A stretch of DNA of 24,810 nucleotides from a virus (taxonomy: Duplodnaviria > Caudoviricetes): positions 1-24,810 of the IMG/VR virus record IMGVR_UViG_3300035670_001185. One strand, written 5' to 3'. The position numbers were made by a program, and so were the translations under genes. A model generated the notes under the pieces. That model was given only the letters and a program-made list of their open reading frames with translations. It did not search any database and had not been told where the DNA came from. Positions 1 to 7,244 of this stretch are shown in pieces; position 1 is the stretch's first letter; every line of letters starts with the position of its first letter.

Positions 1-497
1 GACATATGATGATTCCATTCTCTACGGTGCCGTATGTCTGTATGCCATACAGCACCAAGTTTTTCAGCCACCTCATTTTCAGGGTGTGGCGGCACACTCT
101 CCTGCGAGAATATCATTCTTCCTAGTAACAAATCCCTGTCCACCCCATCCAATCGGCCCAGAAGATTCCGCTCCTGGGCATTATCTTCCAGAAGATTCCA
201 AATCCATTTGGTACGCTGGTCCACCATCATTTTCTCCCGCTCACAACGGGAGAATATTTCTCCCCATTCGTGATATGGCGCTACCATGTGTCCCATCTCG
301 TGGTATATCTTATACCGGTAGAGCGTCAATGCCTCCTTCCCCCCTGTTGACGGGGGGTGAGGCAACACCACCTTCCCATCCTTTGTGACATGGGGCGGGG
401 CGTTTGAATCAAACTCCACAGAAGATATTTTCTCCCCGCCTAAGTATTCCACTGTTGATACTATTTGCTTCCTTACGGAAGCGGCGTTTATGGTCAT
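1..497 (-). CDS. Partial (runs off left edge) zinc metallopeptidase-like protein, similar to the N-terminal domain of phage CobT-like/vWA proteins
   Basis: Hand-translated, not in the ORF track. ATG at 497 after AGGGGGG SD; frame open to the edge: MTINAASVRKQ...APPHVTKDGKVVLP...YKIYHEMGH (codons 302-288)...WNLLED. HExxH plus downstream NxxED is recalled from CobT-N-like proteins. Confidence 0.8.
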   Translation of the reverse strand, partial: MTINAASVRKQIVSTVEYLGGEKISSVEFDSNAPPHVTKDGKVVLPHPPSTGGKEALTLYRYKIYHEMGHMVAPYHEWGEIFSRCEREKMMVDQRTKWIWNLLEDNAQERNLLGRLDGVDRDLLLGRMIFSQESVPPHPENEVAEKLGAVWHTDIRHRREWNHHM

Positions 498-505
498 GTT
501 CCCCC

Positions 506-652
506 CTATTTTATTATTAAGAATGCTAACAGAAGGAATCCCAACACCATGCAGCAGGCATATGTTACAGCCGCCAACAACACCTCCCATACCTTGGGAG
601 AATAGGTGGTATGCTTGGCATCCTTGCCAATGTATGTGCTATTAGTCTTCAT
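506..652 (-). CDS. 48-aa single-pass membrane protein
   Basis: Hand-translated: MKTNSTYIGKDAKHTTYSPKVWEVLLAAVTYACCMVLGFLLLAFLIIK*. GGAGG SD upstream, overlaps the end of the 642-824 gene, fills the gap to the next SD. Confidence 0.75.
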   Translation of the reverse strand: MKTNSTYIGKDAKHTTYSPKVWEVLLAAVTYACCMVLGFLLLAFLIIK

Positions 653-824
653 TTGCCACCTCCTTCTTAATATCCCAGGTCAATGGTCCATCATCTCCCT
701 TCATGGACACATACAGCTTGTATATGTCCAACATGAAATTATACGCCTCAATTTTGTTAAGGCTCCCATCAAGGGTCACTTCCATCACTGGATGACCCCA
801 TTGCTTAATGGTTCCGGTGTACAT
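642..824 (-). CDS. Hypothetical protein (60 aa)
   Basis: ORF track; GGGGAG SD 7 nt before ATG; packed between neighbouring minus-strand genes. Confidence 0.75.
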   Translation of the reverse strand: MYTGTIKQWGHPVMEVTLDGSLNKIEAYNFMLDIYKLYVSMKGDDGPLTWDIKKEVANED

Positions 825-870
825 GTTCTTTCTCCCCCGCCATCCTTGGCGGAAATTGTTACTAGGAATA

Positions 871-1518
871 TTACGCTGGAATTGTGGCCACCATGGCCAA
901 TGCTCTCCCCACCGCTGTATATATTAACGTCCTGTCACCACCCCCCGCCTCTACCAATTGGCGGGCGAGTTCCATCACCTCATCGGGCACCACCACCTCC
1001 ACATCGTCCTTCTCCTCATCCTTCCCTTTCTCATCCTTCAACAATGCCTGCACCTCACTCTTTCCCTTCCCTTGAATATCTATTCCCTTCTCTATGGCAC
1101 CCGCCACAACACTACTGGCGCTATGGAAGGCACCAAATATATTACTACTCCCTTCTTCCCTAGCCTTCTTTGTTGCTTCCGGTCCCTTCGGGGGATCAAT
1201 ATACCCCCCGTCGCTATTTATCCACACATTCTTCCTTACCTTCTTCTTCCCTGACTTGAGGGTATTGTACGCCTTATCCTCTGGCAACGTCCCCTCCTTC
1301 ACCATGACCACCACCACCTCACCAAACCGCGTGTCGCTCTCCTCCTTCCACGTTTCCATTCCCTTCTCCCCGTACTGAATCATTCCCTTCTGGATCATCT
1401 CCACGGCGTGATCCCTCACCCCGTTCCATACATCACCAGAGAACACAGAAGACATACCACTAGCGTGGGCAGCCTTAACTGACGCCGCCACAGCGGCCTG
1501 AATCATATACATTGCCAT
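871..1518 (-). CDS. Hypothetical early protein (about 215 aa)
   Basis: ORF track 871..1548; start moved to ATG 1518 because GGGAG lies 7 nt upstream. Purine-rich coding pattern like other genes here. Confidence 0.75.
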   Translation of the reverse strand: MAMYMIQAAVAASVKAAHASGMSSVFSGDVWNGVRDHAVEMIQKGMIQYGEKGMETWKEESDTRFGEVVVVMVKEGTLPEDKAYNTLKSGKKKVRKNVWINSDGGYIDPPKGPEATKKAREEGSSNIFGAFHSASSVVAGAIEKGIDIQGKGKSEVQALLKDEKGKDEEKDDVEVVVPDEVMELARQLVEAGGGDRTLIYTAVGRALAMVATIPA

Positions 1519-1549
1519 GGGGATTCTCCCATTGATGTAAGGCATCAAC

Positions 1550-2110
1550 GGCTGCCCTACTGTGCCGAGAAAGCATACTTATTAGTGTTAGTAACAAATA
1601 TGCTTTCCATTGTACGGGAGTGGAATTGATAGCGTAGCAGGACATACTGCTAATCGTTCCATCTCCCGCTATCCTCCTGTACAAGGGGCAATATGTTTCA
1701 TACTAATAGAATTTCTATTCTATCAATATGGCCACATTGCCATATTATTGTTTGCCGCTTACGGTGGGGGTGGATTGTATTACCTATCGTTTTTCCCCGT
1801 TCCAACCATAGTGGTGAAGCATTGTCAGGGCTTCCCATGTTTGATGGTGCGGAACCGATCGGCATAGGTGCTATTACACTGGCATTATTCATATGCCCGC
1901 TACTAACTTCTCCCGCCTATCCCATGTTTTAACGGGGGTGTATCCCCGCCGACTCCGGATTGGCCAGACTATGCCCGCTTGCGGGTATTCTTCACTGGCG
2001 CAGCACCATCTATCAGGAGTGGGTATGCTTTGCGCTATTGTTGGCGGAATAGGCTGGAAGCCTATGCCTGCCCATTTGTTAATCATCGCCCACCATGCTG
2101 GATGGTGGGG
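1550..2110 (+). ncRNA. Candidate large structured RNA (strand inferred from G-U pairs)
   Basis: Nested long-range helices 1802-1822/2025-2044 and 1843-1850/2003-2010, plus hairpins at 1569-1607, 1610-1684, 1725-1746, 1753-1766, 1881-1897, 1933-1948, 1948-1964, 1971-1988, 2049-2065 and 2089-2109. No convincing CDS. Confidence 0.5.
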
Positions 2111-2121
2111 GGGGCGGAAAG

Positions 2122-2180
2122 CTTAAATCACTGATTTAAGAAACCCACGGCATCTAGGATGCTTAAATCACTGATTTAAG
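2122..2180. promoter_or_regulatory. Two identical perfect palindromes CTTAAATCA-C-TGATTTAAG (operator-like)
   Basis: At 2122-2140 and 2162-2180, 40 bp apart. Related half-site at 2715-2732. Confidence 0.65.
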
Positions 2181-2218
2181 GGGCATCCATTCCCGGAAAC
2201 CGCAAACGCCAAACGCCA

Positions 2219-2243
2219 CAAAGGGGGCATTATGCCCCCCTTG
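2219..2243. terminator. Inverted repeat, possible bidirectional intrinsic terminator
   Basis: CAAAGGGGGCAT-T-ATGCCCCCTTTG (12-1-12), downstream of the 2283-2699 gene. U-tracts are short in both directions. Confidence 0.5.
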
Positions 2244-2282
2244 CGGTTGGAGTGTAAAGGGGCATCCATGCCCCATGGTGTG

Positions 2283-2699
2283 CTACTCTAGTGCAGCAAT
2301 CCCTGCCATTACGGCATCCATGCCATAAGTGTCCACTATCCGCCGAAGTTCCATCTCAAGTGTAGTTTTCTCTGCCTTCTTGCTGTTGCGGGTGGGAGGA
2401 ACTCCCCACCGCGCCTGCAATTCCCCGTCAACTCTTTCGAGATAGAGTTGGCGAATACCATTGTCAGTTTCCATGCGTGTGGTCCGCATGGCATTCCGTA
2501 ACACCTGCAACCGGAGTTTCATTCCCTTCTCATCGTACTCTCTCGCCACTTCAGTCAGAGTGGCGAGGATGGCATGCCCCTGCCCCGGGGCACAAATGTC
2601 GGCGGCCTCCCTCATTAGGCCGTTCAGGCTGCCCGCCGCTTTCGCGGCGGAATTGATGGCATCCTGCCATACCCTGGGAAGGGTAAGGTTAGTATTCAT
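2283..2699 (-). CDS. Hypothetical protein (138 aa), first gene of the left arm
   Basis: ORF track 2283..2753; start refined to ATG 2699 (MNTNLTLP...) after AAGAGAGA. The upstream extension crosses a G11 run. Confidence 0.75.
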   Translation of the reverse strand: MNTNLTLPRVWQDAINSAAKAAGSLNGLMREAADICAPGQGHAILATLTEVAREYDEKGMKLRLQVLRNAMRTTRMETDNGIRQLYLERVDGELQARWGVPPTRNSKKAEKTTLEMELRRIVDTYGMDAVMAGIAALE

Positions 2700-2787
2700 T
2701 TGGTGTCTCTCTTTGTTAAACCGTGATTTAAGGGGGGGGGGGTATCGCCCCATCCATCCATCTCACCATATCCACCTACGCCACCTA

Positions 2788-2796
2788 TTATCCACA
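2788..2796 (+). promoter_or_regulatory. Perfect DnaA box TTATCCACA
   Basis: Exact match to the canonical 9-mer, intergenic. Overlaps a possible leftward -10 (TTGTTT-N16-GATAAT). Confidence 0.45.
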
Positions 2797-2909
2797 AAGC
2801 AAGGGCCGAAACAACCAGATTGTTTTTATGGGGGTATAAGTCCAATTGATGGGCAATGGGCGGACGGGGGTAAATGGTTGGGGGGGTAGTGTTTGCTGGT
2901 CAAGGGGAT

Positions 2910-2925
2910 TGTTTCACGTGGAACA
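2910..2925. promoter_or_regulatory. parS: parS centromere-like site TGTTTCACGTGGAACA
   Basis: The reverse complement TGTTCCACGTGAAACA fits the chromosomal ParB/Spo0J consensus TGTTNCACGTGAAACA at all positions; intergenic. Confidence 0.75.
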
Positions 2926-3405
2926 TCTGCCCACATCATGCTCCCATCTGCTGCTATCTCCCGGGAATGTGCTGCTATCTGCTGCGAACATGCTGGAATG
3001 GGGATAGTCTGTCGGCTGGCGAGGGGGCATGGCAGGGGGGCGTGGGCCAGGGGGGCCTGTGAGGGGGGTTATGGTCCCCTTATACAAAATTGGCTAAAAA
3101 TAAGTTGTCAATTAGAGGGCAGGGGAATGAATGGGGCTGCATGGCTTTGGGAGGGCCTCAGAGGCGTTAACAGGGAGGGGGGCTATAGGGGACTACAGGG
3201 GGGAGGAGAATGTGTGTTGTAGGGGCACACAGAGGGGGCTAAAGGAAATTGGAGAATAGACGCTAATGGGCTTTGTAACGTAAGGTGGGGTGTAGTGATA
3301 GAGGCACCCCATAGGCTCTCTAACACAGAGCCTAGACAGTAGAGACCAGCTAGGCAGGACAGGGAATAGGAAATGTGTTCTGGATAGTGGTTGGTGTCAG
3401 TCTAC

Positions 3406-3414
3406 TGTGGATAA
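3406..3414 (-). promoter_or_regulatory. Perfect DnaA box (TGTGGATAA)
   Basis: Reverse complement of TTATCCACA, intergenic, about 180 bp before the AT-rich tract. Confidence 0.45.
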
Positions 3415-3550
3415 ACGAGCTTATGCGGTGTGATACTGTCTCTGTTCTGAATAGGGGAATAGAGATGGGTAAGGTTTTGGGGGGTTTGTTTCCTTAACAA
3501 ATCCTGCTCGATATACCACCTAACGTAATATGGACATATTCTGGGATGAC

Positions 3551-3589
3551 ATATTCTTCCCCTTTCTTAGAGAGAAAGGGGAGGGATAT
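3551..3589 (+). other. 17-bp hairpin before the AT-rich tract
   Basis: ATATTCTTCCCCTTTCT-TAGAG-AGAAAGGGGAGGGATAT, fully paired with two G-T wobbles on +. Direct repeat GACATATTCT at 3533 and 3548. Confidence 0.55.
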
Positions 3590-3759
3590 TAGCTATAAGA
3601 ATATTATTAGAACTATATCATTCTGTCTGCATATAGAATGTATATATACTAATATATAATATATATAATATAGCTAATATCATATTGCTAACCTCTATCA
3701 AAGACATTCTATTGCCTTTTGATTTATAAAATATGTTCATTGTCTGAAGGAAGAATATT

Positions 3760-4227
3760 ATGTCCAGCCTAATGCCCTTAGCAACAGAGAGTGAGATAGA
3801 GAGAGCTATTGCCTCTCTTACAGCAAAGAGAGATAGGCCATTAACAGAGAAACAAACATTATTTCTCCAGCATTTGGTTGGGAATGATTTTAACATTAAG
3901 GAGGCTATGAAGGAGGCAGGGTATGGAAGACAGGATAAGGTGGGGCTTATGCGTTCCCTGCATAAGGAGATTGTGGGGCTAGCAGAGAGCTTCCTGCTCT
4001 CAAAGGCTCCAGAGGCTATTGGTGTATTGGCAGAGATAATGGTTAGTGATGAGGCTATTCCACAGGCTAATGTAAAGCTACAGGCTGCTAAGGAAGTGTT
4101 GGATAGGATAGGGATAGTGAAGAAGGAAGAGCTCAACATCTCTCATACACATTCTGGTGGTATTCTTATTCTTCCCAGCAAAAAGCCTATTGATATGAGG
4201 AGTATTGAAGAAGGGGTGTATGCCTAA
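3760..4227 (+). CDS. terS: Terminase small subunit
   Basis: LTEKQxxFL...NIKEAMKEAGY HTH motif, KLQAAKEVLDRIG oligomerisation segment, TAATG coupling to TerL. Confidence 0.85.
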   Translation: MSSLMPLATESEIERAIASLTAKRDRPLTEKQTLFLQHLVGNDFNIKEAMKEAGYGRQDKVGLMRSLHKEIVGLAESFLLSKAPEAIGVLAEIMVSDEAIPQANVKLQAAKEVLDRIGIVKKEELNISHTHSGGILILPSKKPIDMRSIEEGVYA

Positions 4228-7200
4228 TGGAAGAGGAGAATAAGAAAGAGGAAGTTAAGCGTGTAGGGAAAATCCCTGTATACGCTGATATGAAGAAGGA
4301 GAGAGGGGAAGATGGGATATTGAGGTATAGTGCTGTAGACAATGAGAAACATAAGGAAGTGTTCTTTGAAGCTGTACAGATGTATGGGGAACAGAAGCTC
4401 TCCTCAAGAAAAGCAGCAGAATATTTCTCAGCAAAGACAGGAAGGAAATGTGCGTATCAGACAATAGTTAATGCCTGGAATAAAATTAAGGATAAGGAGA
4501 GGAAGGCTAGGGGAATAGATGGGGTGGAGGATGGGAGATATGCAAAGAGGAAACATAAGGCTGCTGTAGACAGGGTGGTTTATGGGAAGGTGGAGGAAGA
4601 GAGGGAGATAGGGGGAGTGAAGGTTAGGAAGGGCACCCTCACCCCTATTGAACGTAGAGCAATGATGATGAAGAAGATGGAGGAAAGGAAGCTAAAGATT
4701 ATAGCAGAGAAGGCAGAGAGGAGAAGGAAGAAGGAAGGGAAGAAGATGAAGGATATTGTGGAGGGGAAACCCACTTCAGGGATAGTTAGTGAAGATAGGT
4801 ATGCTGTACTAACAATGACCAAGGAAGCAGAGGAACTAAAGAAGATAGATGAGAAGGTGGTGTTTGTTCCTAATGATGGACCACAGACAGAGTTTCTTTC
4901 CACCCCAGAGACAGATGTGTTGTTTGGTGGAAGTGCTGGGGGAGGCAAAGTGGTTAAAGAAGGCGACAGAATCTCTACCCCATTTGGGTGGAAGCGTATT
5001 GAAGAGGTTAAAGTAGGTGATTTGGTTTCATCTGCTTCTGGAGGAGTACAGAAGATTATTCAGCTTCATCCTTGGATACAATACTCACCAACTAGAGTAA
5101 GATTTAGTGATGGAACGTTCGTTGATGTACATGAGGATCATTTATGGCAAGCATGGAGAGCTAGAAAAAGTGTTAAGAGACATGGGGAGAAAGTGTGTGG
5201 AGAGTATAGTAAGGAAGTTGTAGAGACAAGAACTCTTCGTACATGGCTTGATAAAGGATATAATCCACTAATCCCTGTAACACAGCCTGTTGTTTATAAT
5301 ACGACAACAAGAGAGAAGGATAGAATTAGTCCTTATTTACTTGGCGTATTACTTGGAGATGGCTGTATAACAACAAACCAGATTTCAATTTCTGCACATG
5401 AAGACGATCAACCACATCTCCGTAAAACACTAGATGTGTATGAGGATGATGTGGTGTACAAAAGACAGACAATTAGGTTTAGAGGGCAAACCAGAAAGTG
5501 GTTAGAAACAAAATTATCTCTACATGGACTCTTAGGAAAGAGGAGTAGCGATAAGTTTATTCCACCTTCATATCTATATGCTCCTTTAAGCGATAGGTGG
5601 GAGCTAGTTAGGGGATTGATGGATACAGATGGGTATAGCGCACCAGATAAGAATGGATGCTACTATACAACTATATCAAAACAATTGTCAGAGGATGTGA
5701 CACATTTATTACGTTCATTGGGTTGTGTTGTAACTGTATATTCTAAGCTAGGGAAGTATAGAGATAGTGATGGCGAAGTAATTGAGTGTAGCCTAGCGTA
5801 TGAGTTATATATTAAAAGCAGGAAACCAGCTGATTTGTTTTCTCTTCCTAGAAAGAAAGTGTGGAATAAGGAGATAGAAATTAGTAAGAGAGTTGTTTCA
5901 GTTGAGGTAATAGAGAATGAAGTAGTTAGAGGTAGGTGTATCACTGTTAGTGGTGTTGACGGGTTATACCTAACTAATGATTTCATTGTTACACATAATA
6001 GCCTAGCATTGTTAATTGATCCATTACGTTTTATTCATAGACAAGCGCATAGGGCTCTCATTCTGCGTAAGTCTATGCCAGAGCTTAGAGAAATTATTGA
6101 TAAGACAAGGGAGCTCTATCCCCAAGCTGTTCCGGGGTGTAAGTATAAGGAAGTTGAGAAGAGATGGGTGTTTCCTTCTGGTGCTACAGTGGAGTTTGGA
6201 TATTTGGAGAGGGATGCTGACGTATATCGCTACCAAGGAAATGCCTTTTCGTGGATTGGGTTTGACGAGCTCACCCACCTTGCCACAGAGTTTCCATGGA
6301 ACTACCTTTCCTCCCGCCTTCGTACAACAGACAAGGAAATCACCTGCTATTTGAGAGCCACCACTAACCCAGGGGGTGTAGGACACCAATGGGTTAAGGC
6401 ACGCTATATTTCTCCAGCTTCTCCTGGGACAGCGTTTATTGGGAGGGATGGATTGACAAGGAGGTTTATTCCTTCTTTCCTGAAAGACAATCCCTATTTG
6501 TATAATGACGGGAATTATGAGCGTATGTTACGTTCTCTCCCAGAGGTTCAGCGTAAGAGGCTGTTAGAAGGAGATTGGGATGTTAATGAAGGAAGTGCTT
6601 TCCCAGAGTTTGATAAGCGTGTTCATGTTGTCGATGCTTTTCAGATTCCACATTCTTGGACGAGGATAAAGGCTGTAGACTATGGCTATGCTTCTCCCAG
6701 CTGTGTTCTATGGGCTGCCATTGATCCTACAGATGATACGCTTATTGTATACAGAGAGCTGTATGAGAAAGGGCTTACAGGAGAGATGTTAGCAGAGAAG
6801 ATAGTGATGATGGAGATGGATGAGAAGAGGAGTATTCCGGGAGTGTTGGATACAGCAGCATGGAATAGGACAGGGTATACAGGCCCCACTATTGGAGAGA
6901 TATTGAACAAGCCTCCATATAGCCTAAAGCTTCGCCCAGCAGATAAGAATAGAATTGCTGGGAAGGTGGCTGTACACCAGAAGCTAAGAAGAAGAACATT
7001 GCCTACAGGAGAATTAGGACGCCCCAATTTACAGATATTTGGGACATGCTCCAATTTGATTAGGGAACTGCTCTCTATTCCTCTTTCAGACACTAATAGC
7101 GAGGACGTAGACACTAAGGCAGAAGACCATGCCTATGATGCTCTACGCTATATGGTGATGTCACGTCCTAAGCTACAACAGCCTATGCAATTCCATCACT

Positions 7201-7244
7201 TCCAGAATCAATGGAGGCCAGCAGATGAAGTATTCGGATATTGA
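4227..7244 (+). CDS. terL: Terminase large subunit with intein and long basic N-terminal extension (655 aa after splicing)
   Basis: Walker A GGSAGGGK/S split by the intein, Walker B WIGFDE, ATTNPGG, nuclease motifs AVDYG and DHAYDALRY. Confidence 0.95.
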   Translation: MEEENKKEEVKRVGKIPVYADMKKERGEDGILRYSAVDNEKHKEVFFEAVQMYGEQKLSSRKAAEYFSAKTGRKCAYQTIVNAWNKIKDKERKARGIDGVEDGRYAKRKHKAAVDRVVYGKVEEEREIGGVKVRKGTLTPIERRAMMMKKMEERKLKIIAEKAERRRKKEGKKMKDIVEGKPTSGIVSEDRYAVLTMTKEAEELKKIDEKVVFVPNDGPQTEFLSTPETDVLFGGSAGGGKVVKEGDRISTPFGWKRIEEVKVGDLVSSASGGVQKIIQLHPWIQYSPTRVRFSDGTFVDVHEDHLWQAWRARKSVKRHGEKVCGEYSKEVVETRTLRTWLDKGYNPLIPVTQPVVYNTTTREKDRISPYLLGVLLGDGCITTNQISISAHEDDQPHLRKTLDVYEDDVVYKRQTIRFRGQTRKWLETKLSLHGLLGKRSSDKFIPPSYLYAPLSDRWELVRGLMDTDGYSAPDKNGCYYTTISKQLSEDVTHLLRSLGCVVTVYSKLGKYRDSDGEVIECSLAYELYIKSRKPADLFSLPRKKVWNKEIEISKRVVSVEVIENEVVRGRCITVSGVDGLYLTNDFIVTHNSLALLIDPLRFIHRQAHRALILRKSMPELREIIDKTRELYPQAVPGCKYKEVEKRWVFPSGATVEFGYLERDADVYRYQGNAFSWIGFDELTHLATEFPWNYLSSRLRTTDKEITCYLRATTNPGGVGHQWVKARYISPASPGTAFIGRDGLTRRFIPSFLKDNPYLYNDGNYERMLRSLPEVQRKRLLEGDWDVNEGSAFPEFDKRVHVVDAFQIPHSWTRIKAVDYGYASPSCVLWAAIDPTDDTLIVYRELYEKGLTGEMLAEKIVMMEMDEKRSIPGVLDTAAWNRTGYTGPTIGEILNKPPYSLKLRPADKNRIAGKVAVHQKLRRRTLPTGELGRPNLQIFGTCSNLIRELLSIPLSDTNSEDVDTKAEDHAYDALRYMVMSRPKLQQPMQFHHFQNQWRPADEVFGY
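4950..5999 (+). mobile_element. 350-aa intein with LAGLIDADG homing endonuclease, class-3 (WCT) signature
   Basis: Inserted at GK|S. Starts VVKEGD, ends VTHN|S. Block B HLW (W 5145), block F RCITV (C 5937), block G THN (T 5991). Endonuclease motifs LLGVLLGDGC and VRGLMDTDG. Confidence 0.92.

Noticed and set aside
1218-1226. TTATCCACA DnaA box
   Set aside because: Inside a CDS (VWIN codons); probably chance.
34-1378. Plus-strand ORFs over the left arm (e.g. 606..1163, 1094..1378)
   Set aside because: Pro/Ser/His-rich shadows of purine-rich minus-strand genes that have proper SD sites.
1960-1990. CAGACTA resembling a group I intron P7 strand
   Set aside because: No complementary TAGTC downstream and no interrupted gene.
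1698-2086. Minus-strand ORFs 1698..1892 and 1889..2086
   Set aside because: No well-placed SD, atypical composition, and they coincide with dense base-pairing. Not fully excluded, since they overlap by ATGA.
2121-2180. 20-bp direct repeat as a mini-CRISPR or dif site
   Set aside because: Only two copies, 20-bp spacer, no cas genes, no match to the XerC/XerD dif layout.
2947-3005. Short repeats TGCTGCTATCT and ATCTGCTGC next to parS
   Set aside because: Only two copies each with irregular spacing; too weak to call iterons.
2874-3222. Plus-strand ORFs 2874..3062 and 2893..3222
   Set aside because: Gly-rich products of G runs with no convincing start context; the region looks non-coding.
3700-3740. 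Sigma70 promoter for terS
   Set aside because: Several -10-like hexamers in AT-rich DNA but no convincing -35 at correct spacing.
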